From contig NC_086383.1 of assembly GCF_036588685.1 (NCBI RefSeq), positions 49,352,001 through 49,416,000 of the forward strand: DNA of 64,000 bases. The letters run 5' to 3'. Position 1 is the stretch's first letter; every line of letters starts with the position of its first letter. This stretch comes from Mytilus trossulus (lineage: Eukaryota). Position numbers and translations under genes: made by a program. The notes beneath the pieces were generated by a model. It was not told where the DNA came from. It did not search any database and saw only the letters and a program-made list of their open reading frames with translations. Shown here one piece after another: positions 36,607 through 48,560 of the stretch.

Positions 36607-39006
36607 AATTTGTTTTGGTTATGGCAGTTAATTTGTAAAAGTGGCTATCAGTTCATTTTTCCGGTTTTTCTTTGAGTTGGCTGTAATAGCAATCCTTTGA
36701 AAATATGTAATGTAAAATACGTTTGAATTTTTAATAATTTCATAAAACTGCGAACAATGAAATTCCGGGTTTTTTTTTTTTTAATTTAAAAATTGAACCT
36801 AGGTAAAATACCTGTTTATCAAATTAATCAATTAATAAATATCGTTCATGATCATTTAAGAAAATTTCAAAACAAGTACGATTTTCCACACATAATTCAG
36901 ATGATGTACTCATGGCCAATGCGTGATACTAAGATCAGATTTGTATTTATCATGTACTGAACTTAAAATATATCCCAGTGAATACAATCATTATGTGATT
37001 CAAGGAGGATACATCATGTTTATTTTCCATTAAGCTTTTCGAATAGAATCAAGTACAAAGTATGATATATAAGGCGATGTTTTATCTCCTTAATGCATAA
37101 AATTATTGAATTATTGACAAATCGAAAGAGATGCGTCACTCTTTTTTTAAGCATGTTTTATATCTTCAAATAAAAAAGTTTTATACATAATAACAAAGTA
37201 ACAGTTCGACTAAAAAGCATTGTTTAACTTTGTATATATATCAAAATCTGACGGAAACTAATTAAAGCAAATGTTTATCAAAATGATGACGTCAAATATC
37301 AATTGCCAATTGTCACCAATTGTTCTCCGTGTTTTCCCACTATTCATGTCAATATGATAAATTGTGTAGTTTTGTCTGATGCCCTATCGTACAACTGTCC
37401 GTTCGGTACATTCTTACGTAACTGTCCAAATTATAAGTCAAGAGTATGTAATTAGTTACGACCAGTTGTTGTCATTCCTTTCTGTTTATTATATTCTCGT
37501 TTAAAACGTTTAACATTTTGTCGTATCGGGACCTTTTACTCCTTACTGTCCTGATGGGTTTTGTGCATTGTTGAAGATATGAGTAGCAAGAACGTTTAAT
37601 CATTATAGGTGAAATCGTCAGTCTACCCCTAACTTGAGTTATTGCTCTTCCATGACTACACTTCACCAAAGCCAAGGGTTTTTGTCTATATTCATTTTCC
37701 ATTAACTGAGAGAAATTTTGAATAGCAATTTTTATAGGCATTTTTTTTTTTTACAAATAAAACAGGATACATCAGTTGATTAAAAATATACCTTATTGTT
37801 GTTGAAGATGTATGTTTACACGTTTCCATACTTCCTATATTTTTTTGGTATAAGAAATTACAGCAAACAAAGATTGTATAAACTATACTAGACACAGAGT
37901 AAGAAGTAAAACGAAAAGAGAAATATCAAGAACATGAGATTTACAAATACTCCACACGAGAAAAAATGACACAGAAATTAACAATTAGAGGTTACCGTAC
38001 GGCCTTCAACAATGAGCAAAGCTCATACCGCATAGTCAGCTATAAAAGTCCTCGAAATGACATTGTAAAACTATGTAAACGAGAAAACTAAAACGGACTT
38101 ATTTAAGTAGTCTTATGTAGACGAGACGCGCGTCTGGCGTACTTAATTATAATCCTGGTACATTTGATAACTATAAAGTACAAAAAATGAACGAAAAAAC
38201 AAATGTGTAACAAAGAAACAAACGACAACCACTTAATTACTCAATACTCTTCAACTTCGTACTTTATTTGGCCTTTTTAAATTTTTTGGAATCGAGCGTC
38301 ACTGATGAGACTTTTGTAGACGAAACGCGCGTCTGGCGTATATACAATAAATTTAGTCCTGGTATCTATGAAGAGTTTATTTACAGGCTTCTTAATTTTC
38401 TACGGGAATCTGATTTTGTATGAAAATTCATTGTTTTGTTCATTAACTATGAAATTAGTTATGGTTACCAAAGACAATGTGTGGTTCGGATAGGCCATAT
38501 TTCAATGTTTGTTCTTCCAAAAACTATTGTTTGATTTCAAACACATACGAATTTTATTGAGAATTCTTAAGAACTATACACAAGACAACATGGATAAGCA
38601 CTCTCACACATGTATTTCAAAATAATGCAACCTTGCTCCCCTTGTCTAATTTATTAATCATTACACCTCTAAGTGAAAATTTATGACACCATGGGCAGTC
38701 TGACAAAAGAATGGATGCATTAAAATTAGCATTCAAAATTGGATATCATTATATGTGTATATCTATAATAAAAGTAAATTTCTGATTAAAAACAGCATCT
38801 AAATGGATGAAAAATTATCAAAAACATGTAGATACATGAGAAGGGTGTTGCATTACACCTAATGAATAACTTACACTTATCTCAAATGACCACCTACCGT
38901 ATTATTAATTACGCGTGTAACTTAATGCCACATGCTATATTATTTTAATATCAAGATTATATAGGGTATACATTTATATGTCTAAATGGAAAACAAGTAT
39001 TGAAAC

Positions 39007-40020
39007 ATGGAACGTCCTTCAATTCGTGTCTTTGTGAGATGCGTTCTATTCATTTGTGTATTTTTGTCGACCGGAATTGTGTCTTTTTCAGCCACCAAAA
39101 CAAGTTCTAATATTGAAAATGAACCACAAAAAGAACCGCAATCTGTATCCAGTAACATTAACATGGATGCTGACTTTTCGGAATCCAGAACTTCAAATGT
39201 GATTGAGCTTGCGTCAGTGGAAAATCAAACAGGATCACAAGAATTAGATGCTCTTTTTATGAATGATCCTTGTGCTAATTTTTCAACTTGCTCATTTATT
39301 GCTCAGACAAAAACAAAATTCTGTAAATGTGATGAAGACTGTATAGACTTTAATGATTGCTGTAACGGGGTAATATTTCCAAATGCCACACATGTTGTTA
39401 ATGACGCTTATTTGAGATACGAATGTCTACAAAATAATAGACACTTGCTGTTTGATGGTGTTTACGTAAGTACGAAATGTCCGAAGACCGCCAACTCAGC
39501 AGATAGTTCTTTGTGTGACGTCAGCAGTTTGCTAGAAGTTGGACCATGGGTTGCAGACGAACAAGGAAGACTCTACAAAAACCGACACTGCGCCATTTGC
39601 AATGGCGTATCAGTATTGACATTCCTAGATGTCAAGATTACAAACGTCGAAAGTGAAATTCTTAGAGTAAAATTTGAAAATTTAACAGCACATGAGAAAT
39701 TGTTTGAATTGTACTATGGTAAATATACTAACGTAAAATATGTAATACCACCGGAAGTGCAACAAAGATACTGTTTACCTACTAAAATTAGTGCGAAGGC
39801 ATCCTCTCAATGCCAACAATATGGGACCAGTCCAGTAGAAGCCGATATGGTAACCTACAAAAATATGTATTGTGTTCCTACTGATTACACCTATTCGTTT
39901 TGTTTAGGACCAGGAATTGATTTTACTCGCGATTATGGTTATGGTTATGGTTTGGATTTGATGCTTCCACTCACAGTCTTGTTTTCATTTAAGGAATCAA
40001 AGGATGCTTGCCAAACTCAG
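39007..40020 (+). CDS. 7TM receptor exon 1: signal peptide, SMB-like domain (CKCDEDCIDFNDCC), YKNRHCAICNG and YKNMYC motifs
   Basis: 340-aa ORF with a CAG|GTAAAC donor at 40020/40021. Confidence 0.9.
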
Positions 40021-40910
40021 GTAAACTGATATATTTAATAGTGTATTTTTGGGGATATCTATTTTGCGCCTATCTTTTACCGTCTTTATATTCACCAATA
40101 GTAAATTCATCGAAAGTTGATATTTATCTATGTTGCCATCTAGATCTTAATTCTTGTACTTTCCTGTACATCTCGAATTGTTCGGACATTTAGATTATGA
40201 AAATGTTTGCACAGTTTCAAATTATCGTATGTATACTTTGGTACAACACGTGAGTCATAATAGGATTAATACATTTCAATTTTGTCGATTAGTCAAGACA
40301 AACGTAGCATATATAAGACAAAATACATTTTTTTTAATTTTATTGTTATGTTTCTTCATGCTATAAGATTTACTAGGTGCAATAGTATGTTTACCCTGAA
40401 ATTTTCATTTATGTGAGTGAATAATATAAAAATTGCATTTTCTGGATGATAATATCACTCCTAACAATACTGCTATACATATTCTTAAATCATTCATTAT
40501 TGGGGTTTTTACAGGGAATATGTGGTGGTGATTGTTTCAAATTATGACTGTAAATTAAAAATTGTTCACATTGGTAATGTTTTAATTACCATAAAATACA
40601 TTGTTAAACATGTTATAATGATTGGTTTAAATCTAAGATGATTTTTTTGGTATTTGTTTTCCATTAGCTTGAAAGGTAAAAGAATAAGTAACACCACATG
40701 ATAAATTTATGATTATATATTTTTGTATGGATTTATTGCCGACTGAAAGCAGTCTTGGTAACTATTTTCCATTACCAGAAGTCAACCATTGCAAAATAGT
40801 AGTTAGTTTACATCTTATAAGTGAAAAAACCCTATTGTTTTTATATAGCTTTCTTTAGTTTACATTGTCATTTTCTTATTCTAAGCATTTACACAAATAT
40901 TTCATTATAG

Positions 40911-41234
40911 ATCAAAGGGTTATGTCAATCTGAAGAAACCTACACCAATGCAAGAGTAGAAATCCAATTTTCTATCATAGCAAATGACACCGTAGAACCA
41001 GACGCTTTTAGACAGATTGCTATCGGTATGGTATTATCGACCGTAGTTCCAAACATAACATACCTGGATTACATATATGTACCTAAGATTAGCCAAAATG
41101 TATCGACACTTCCCCTGGTCAAGGTCATTTTGTTTATAAAGTCGGAGTTGACTCTAGAAGAGTACCGAACTTTCCCGCAGACACTGCAAAATTTGAAATG
41201 GAAAATGATCATGATTTCGGAAAAATCAGGCAAG
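40911..41234 (+). CDS. 7TM receptor exon 2: ectodomain (IKGLCQSEETY...ISEKSGK)
   Basis: TAG acceptor, AAG|GTAAAC donor, 108 codons, in frame with ORF 41028..41246. Confidence 0.8.
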
Positions 41235-42728
41235 GTAAACATATAGTCAATAATATAAGAAGACACACAAATAAAAGTGGGGTTTGGGAATAATAATATC
41301 TAGAAAGGACACAAAAAAACATGGGGGAAAATACCTAAAACAAAAACAACGCATATAATGAAAAACTAAAAACTGCGGTATAATTGCATATGAAACAACT
41401 CTCCATTAGAAATAAATATAACGTACAAATTTACACGTTTACAACTTCAGAAACGTTTGTTATTTTAAGTATTTAGAACTACCATGTGTTTCCATTTATA
41501 AGACACGATGTGAAAACATCTTCATACCAAATCCAAAACGTTAAGTATTCTTTTATGTTTAACTTTGTATCAAGGTCTGGATGGGGTGTGGGATGTTTAA
41601 TTTTCTCTATTTACAAGGTTTTTTTATATGAATAACGCTCATTCTTGTAAAATCCTCATGTGAATGATTTTACTTTAAAAACAATCTGGGCATTATTTTC
41701 TATTTTGTTTGCCAAATCCAGACCCTTTTGTGTTGACTCTTGTTTTCTTTTGTTGGTATTTTTGTTTTTCATTGTTTGTTTCCTATTGCATTCACTATAT
41801 AGCTAGCCTTAATTGCAAAATACATGTATTCCAAAGGAAATGTATAATACAAAAATAGATTATGTTGCTATTTCATTCGTTCTTAAAGGAACACTTCATG
41901 TTAATGATATAAAATGACAACATTTGAAATTATAAAAAGTCATATCTATGGTACTTCATTATTTTTTTACTTCTAATTGTTTCGTTTTTGTTGATTTTTA
42001 TTTGAAAGTCTTTAAAATATGATAGTTTAACATATTAGTTATTCAGTTTCTTAGTACACCAAAACAAGCACATATTAAGTAATGCTGTATTTTAGCTTTT
42101 AACCGACTTACCTTCAATGCAAAAGACTTCGACTTTTGTAGGACATTTGAAAAGTACCATATACCCTTACTTTTGTTCTTTTCTCAGTCTAAAATCGGAA
42201 AAGATGATCACTCCAAAATACCAAATGCCCCAATAATAATTAATCTTAAACCGTCATATACAGTACTTCATTGTAACATTCTAGATTCAGTTAGTAGAAA
42301 CTAGTTGTCCTTTAATGTAACAATGATCGTACTTTTAGTTTTCCATTAATATCCTATTATAGTACTGGTGTCTGGTGACTAAAAATTAATTGTTAACTTT
42401 GAAGTTGATGTCCTAAGTCAGGTATTGTAATAATAATCTTTGGTTGTTGTCATAAATGATTTTTGTTAATAGTTTGTAGCTTAAATAAGGTAAACCGAAA
42501 ATCGTTCATTGTAAACTAATTGGTATAGTTCCAATCACACCGCATCTACTTCTTTTAATAAGTACTTTTAAATTAATATGAATACCTACCAGAAAAATAA
42601 ACATCTAGTATATGTACGTTTAGATTTCCGTGTGTATGTTAAAGATAAAAACAAGTTTCCTAAAACATTGATATTTTTAAAACTCACGTTTTTTCTACTT
42701 ATTTTGTCTGTTTTAATTCTTTTTGTAG

Positions 42729-43943
42729 GTTATTGAAATGATCACCGATGTGAATGTGCAACAGAGTAGTGTCTTCAATCATTTATATGAAATCTACGAC
42801 ACAGACGTTAGCTCAATCATACAAGAGTACAGTTTACAGTCCCACATATTCTTGGAAAACTTTCCTTGTACAAATATAAGTATCGATAGCTTTCTTAATG
42901 ATAGTAGACATCCACATATTCTGAGTATAAATACCGTTTCATGTGAAGATGAACAGAATGAAATGCAACAAAATCACGCACCAAATCTCGTAAACGAGAA
43001 TGATGAGTATATTACTTATATTACCTATACCGGAACATGTTTGTCTGTCATAAGCCTAATCTGTTCTGTCGTTGTGTGCAGGCGTTCTGGTCTGTCGACT
43101 TCTATTCCAGGTTCAAACTTAGAAAATCTTTCAGTTGCCCTTATTCTAGCTAATCTGTTATTCCTGACTGGCATAGGAGCTAAAAAGTATCAAAATGTTT
43201 GCACAGTGATAGGCATTGTCTTACATTATCTGTGGTTGCTCGTTTTCTCCTTTATGTCTATATCAGTAATTTACTTGGTCTATGACGTCAGGAGAATAAG
43301 CATTAGCACAACAACAAACAAAAGGTGCTGTGTTTGTGCTAAGCACTTTCTAACTATGGCCGGTTTGTTGTTACCATTCGTTTTCGTTGTTCCTGCAATG
43401 GTTTTAGAATTTATTTTCCCGACCACACAATTTTCGCCTAACTATGGCGGAGCGATCTGTTTTCCAACAGCTTACCCTGCCAATTTACTCTTTGTCTCTG
43501 GCCCTTTAATGATTTCTGTCGGTTTAAACATAATCTGTATTACAATTTTAACTATATATTTCAATATTAAAGAAGGAGAGGCAAGTAAGATAAGAGAAGG
43601 AAATTACAGTCAACAAATTGGTATTTTTTTACGTTTGAGTGTAATTTCGGGACTATTTTGGATAACGGGCACCTTGAGTTCAGTTCTTCAAAGTGAGGTT
43701 TTAGATTACATCTTTGTTGTGACTTGTAGTCTACAAGGGTTTCTCATTGCTGTAGCTAATCTTACTACAAAACGTGTATTCAGAAACAAAAACAAGTCAT
43801 CATTCAGGACATCAACTCGAACATTAAGTCGATCTAGTAGAATTCTAACTAGAAAACCCACAGGTTATCCCCGCAAAACACTTGAAAAAAGGAGGCTAAG
43901 TCAAAATTCCTCCAACACTCTTGTTGTTGCCAGTTTGTCCTAG
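42729..43943 (+). CDS. 7TM receptor exon 3: stalk, all seven TM helices and a Ser/Thr/Arg-rich C-tail
   Basis: 401-aa ORF with class-B motifs: ITYTGTCLSVISL, NLSVAL, CTVIGIVLHYLWL, PNYGGAICF, SGLFW, SLQGFLI. Confidence 0.93.
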   Translation, partial: VIEMITDVNVQQSSVFNHLYEIYDTDVSSIIQEYSLQSHIFLENFPCTNISIDSFLNDSRHPHILSINTVSCEDEQNEMQQNHAPNLVNENDEYITYITYTGTCLSVISLICSVVVCRRSGLSTSIPGSNLENLSVALILANLLFLTGIGAKKYQNVCTVIGIVLHYLWLLVFSFMSISVIYLVYDVRRISISTTTNKRCCVCAKHFLTMAGLLLPFVFVVPAMVLEFIFPTTQFSPNYGGAICFPTAYPANLLFVSGPLMISVGLNIICITILTIYFNIKEGEASKIREGNYSQQIGIFLRLSVISGLFWITGTLSSVLQSEVLDYIFVVTCSLQGFLIAVANLTTKRVFRNKNKSSFRTSTRTLSRSSRILTRKPTGYPRKTLEKRRLSQNSSNTLVVASLS

Positions 43944-45970
43944 TTCGTTCAATATATAATGTAGTTGTTTGATATGATACTAAAAACACGTTGTTCAAGT
44001 TATTGTTAAAAGCGAACGAATTCTTTAAAACGTTTTGGCTGTTCTGGTAACATCCTTTTGGTTATCATGCTTTCAAACTTATTTTGTCACACGCATATCT
44101 GATGATTGTTTATCCAGAAGCGTATGTTGTACACATGAATGTTAAATAATAAATGGTTCTTTTTTGTTTTTTTGTTTGTTTTGTTTTGCAACCCAATGCA
44201 AAGTCCTGTGGTAACTTAAAAATCGTATTACTCCTCCAAATTCCTTTGATACTCACCCCAAACCTAGAGCATCTGCTACAGTGTTTGTCTTTGATTGTTG
44301 TTTGTTATAATTGTTTACCAACATATTAAATGAAGGTTACTGAGGCCTATAGTTTTTTTTTTTTTTTATTTGATCCATATTTTGTTATTGAATAGGTATG
44401 TACAAATTTATAGCTTGTCCTCCCTTTGTCTACTTTAATCTTTAAATTACACATTGTTCTTTATATTTGTAGCATGCATTGCTATCGGCATACAAAAGTA
44501 CAGACAAAATACTAAAACGACTTTTTTTCTTTCCCTTTTTTATACATAAGTAAGGCCGTTAGTTTTCTTTTTTGAATTGTTTTACATTTGTAATTCCTAG
44601 TGCATTTAAAGCTGACTATGTGGTATGGGCTTTCCTAATTGTTGAATGCCTATAGTGACATATAAGTGTTAATGTATGTGTCATTTGGTCTCTTGCGAAG
44701 AATTGTCTCCTTTGCAACCACATCTTATTTCTTTATCCGGATGTGAAGCGAAATTCGGAATAGTTTGTACTTGAAATCAAACCTGAAAATCCATTATGTT
44801 GTTCATGATTAAAGATGTAAAATAAAACTTCTAGCTTATTCATTCCTTGCTTGAAAATAATAAGTGTCAAAGAGACTACACTTAAACAATATTATCATAA
44901 CAAAAATGCATACATGTACAGAGTTTGAACCCGGATTTGTTTTGTGTCTCAATCGGTTTATGACTTTCCAACAGCGGTATACCACTGTTGCCTTTATTTG
45001 ACAATTGATAAATGTCAAAAAGTGTAATATCAAAAATACCACAATTCCAGGAAAATTATAAACGAAAAGTTCCTACACAAACGACAAAGTCCAAAGCTCA
45101 AACACATCAAACAAATTGATAACAACTGTCATATTCCAGTCTTGGTACATGCATTCTCTTATATAGAGAATTTTGGATAATATCTACTTTTATAGCTAGC
45201 TTAACCTCTCACTTGTATCTGCAATGCCGTGTGTCAAACTATAAACCTTTACAGGTTGTTAATACAAATTCAAGATTATCACGTGTGCATATCCTTGTTT
45301 TAGTTAATCCCGGGGTTGGAGGCAAATTCTATTATTTAATTTATTTTCTTTCCATTGGTTGTGAATATCTGTACAAAATTGACAGACAACAGGTCAGATA
45401 TCACAATAATTTTATTAATTCTTCAATGAGAAGGGAGGTTAACAACACGATTTTATTGATGTAGACATCTTATTCTATTTGATTGATATCAAAATTAAAA
45501 TCATTTATTGATCAAAACAAACGCAAAACAAAACGGGAGTTATAACATTTTCAAAACAGGAATTAGAACGTTTTGAAATTGGTTGCCTCCGCGCATGAAA
45601 TCTATAAAGGCTTTATAAGTACAGAGGTGAAAATGTTCAATAGAGACCATATCATTTATGCCATCGACACTAAATGCTCTCAAGTTTATGACACACAAGA
45701 ATGTAGTTGAAGAAAGCCGTTGTCAAGGTAGCCGACATGATACAAACACAGACACACGTGGAGGGTTTTATTGTAACCCATAATTATATGGACCCCATCT
45801 TATTTAGGCACATATAAGAATTGGCAATAAAAAAACTTATCTACGAAGGCTCGTCGTTACAGAAAGAAATTAAATCACAAAGAACCTTCTGTCGATAGAT
45901 ATAAATCTGTATTAATAAAGTTTATATACTATAGGTGCACATTCGAATTATCATCTACACCAATAATTCG

Positions 45971-46806
45971 TGATATTTAAAAACAAAATATGTACCTTCG
46001 AATATGTCTGACAGAATAGCAGCAGAAGTTGTAACGTATATCGTACATTGTATTTAGTTTTACAGTGTAATATATAAGTTGTCTATTTCCGCGCATGTGT
46101 TATACACTAACTGCAAAACCAAAGTAGGAAAATATGATACGAGTTACGGTGTTAATCTAAGTAATATATACCACAGTTAACCCATAAGCAGAATTAATTG
46201 TAGTCATTAATTAGTTTTTGAAGACAAATAGAAAGATAATGACATGTAATACATGATATGTAAAAACAAAATATGTACCTTCGAATATGTCTGACAGAAT
46301 AGCAGCAGAAGTTGTAACGTATATCGTACATTGTATTTAGTTTTACAGTGTAATATATAAGTTGTCTATTTCCGCGCATGTGTTATACACTAACTGCAAA
46401 ACCAAAGTAGGAAAATATGATACGAGTTACGGTGTTAATCTAAGTAATATATACCACAGTTAACCCATAAGCAGAATTAATTGTAGTCATTAATTAGTTT
46501 TTGAAGACAAGTAGAAAGATAATGACATGTAATACATGATATGTAAAAACAAAATATGTACCTTCGAATACATGTAAGAGCATAGCACCAGAAGTTGTAA
46601 CATATATCGTCATGACATTTTACAGTGTAATATAAGTTGTCAAATTCCGATCATGTGACATACACTAATTGCAAAACCAAAGTAGGAAAAAGTAATACGA
46701 TATACGATGTTGATATAAAGTAATATAAGAACACAGTTAACCATAAGCAGAGTTAATTGTATTCATTACTTTGTTTTTGAAGACAAATAGAAAGATAATG
46801 ACATGT
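45971..46806. repeat. 283-bp tandem repeat, ~3 copies
   Basis: Units start at 45971, 46254 and 46537; the first two are nearly identical, the third diverged. Confidence 0.92.
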
Positions 46807-47059
46807 GAAATTACAAAGAAATGACTGCACTAAGGAGAACCAATCAATAGATTATGCAAGGATAATCGACCGGGGTGTGGATTTGTACTCCCGTTTGAAA
46901 AGATTATGTTGAAAGACAATTTTTGCAAAGGCCGTCTTCATATACCGATATTTTTAATTAATGTCGAATTTATTTTTTTAAACCGGTTTCATACCCTATT
47001 CATACCTGACGTATTAGTGTATTAATACACACCGCACAGCCACAAGAATCCTCCTCTCT

Positions 47060-47403
47060 CCAAAATAAAGTACGAAGTTGAAGAGTATTGAACACAAAAA
47101 GTTCCAAAAAGTTTTGCCAAAAAACATCTAAGGTAATGTATTTCTGATGTAGAAACGCCTTAGTTTTTGGAAAAATTCAAAGTTAAGTTAACAGTTAATA
47201 TATAGTTATGAACATATCAATGATAACTCAAGTCAACACACAAGTGCTGACTACTGGGCTGTTGATACCCTCGGGAAAATAAATCTTCACCAGCAGTGGC
47301 ATCGACCCAGTGTTTGCAAATACACTCATCATAGATAGATCCCGAAATTAAATTTTATATTAACGCCAGACGCACGTTTCGTCTACAAAATACTCATCAG
47401 TGA
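47060..47403 (+). repeat. Interspersed repeat (ACGCCAGACGCGCGTTTCGTCTAC family); related copies at ~1297-1583, 1845-2125, 38105-38385, 61685-61820
   Basis: Shared motifs among copies. Confidence 0.7.
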
Positions 47404-48251
47404 AGAGGGACAGTCAAACTCATTAGAGTTGATGTAAGTACATGCCAGTTATAAACCATTTTGACAATCAGCTAAAATCCTAATCCACATCTGTTGAATA
47501 ACAAAACAAATCATAACTACTTCTTAAAATTTCCAAAGCTTTTGAAATATTTAAGTCATAAAAATATTCCAAACAGGTAAATATTCAAAAGCCCTTATTG
47601 ATAAATTTCACGCTTGATTCATGACACCCTTATATGCAAAAGAGGTAAGTATTAATACAATGCGATTTGGGGAGTCTCTTTGGTACTCATACCACATCTT
47701 CTTATTCATTCTAATTTTTATCTCACTTGCAAGGTCAAAATCTAATAGTTCTAGCTGTTAAAACCTTCTGACGATCGATCAGAATGTTAATGATAATGCT
47801 TAATGTATATGATATAAGCTAATTGATTTTTTTGTGTTTTTTGTAAGAACATTGATCGTTTACTTTTAACAGAATTTTGGTTTTGATAAGGGATGATCTT
47901 TTTGTACATCTATTTTGTCACGGTTCCAGTTTTCAGAATCGTGTGGTATTTACAACTTGATTACATAGACATATAGTTCATTTATCATAAAACCATAAAA
48001 TACAAATGTTACACAGAAGTTAAAAACATGCATACAAAATATAACTATGATTTAATCGAAAAAACGCCAAAAAAGGTTTTTGATACAATGCTATGTTCAG
48101 TCAGAGATATATTTATATGTCTCTGGTTTAGTACCGTGTTCTTTTAAAGATTGAAGATTTTGTAGAATATGTCTCATTATGTAAAATTAATTCCACGAAA
48201 CTGGTCGTACCTCATTTAGAGAGTTAGTTATTGTGCCATGCTCTCCTATAA

Positions 48252-48560
48252 AAAGTTAAATCACAAATATACTGAACTCCGAGGAAAATACAAAACGGAA
48301 AGTCCCTAATTAAATGGCAAAATCAATAACTCAAATACATCAAACGAATAGAAAACAACTGTTATATTCCTGACTTTGAAGAGGCTTATTTCAGTAGAAA
48401 ATTGTGGATCAAACCTGTTTTATAGCTAGCTAAACTTCTCACTTGCAAAAACATGCATTCAATTATATTGACAAGAATGTGAGAACAAAGTAAAATGATA
48501 TAATAAGTAAAAATGTCCAAAAAAGGGATACAACAGTCAACATTGTGTTATAATCCTAAT
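48252..48560 (+). repeat. Interspersed repeat (AAATCACAAAAATACTGAACTCCGAGG family); related at 32520-32710, 45010-45215, 7975-8113 (-), 25510-25625 (-)
   Basis: Shared motifs among copies. Confidence 0.7.

Larger units (their letters stand above)
39007..43943 (+). other. Gene model: class B (secretin/adhesion/methuselah-like) 7TM receptor with somatomedin-B-like Cys-rich ectodomain (~850 aa)
   Basis: join(39007-40020,40911-41234,42729-43943); both introns phase 0 and GT-AG; continuous frame. Confidence 0.87.

Noticed and set aside
33513-36675. ORFs sharing HQHPSGPNHQHSTFSRRTTIPTV (33513-33821, 36436-36675) and other short ORFs in the element
   Set aside because: Translations of the TIRs, 21-bp repeats and a nested MITE; no DDE or zinc-finger motifs recognised.
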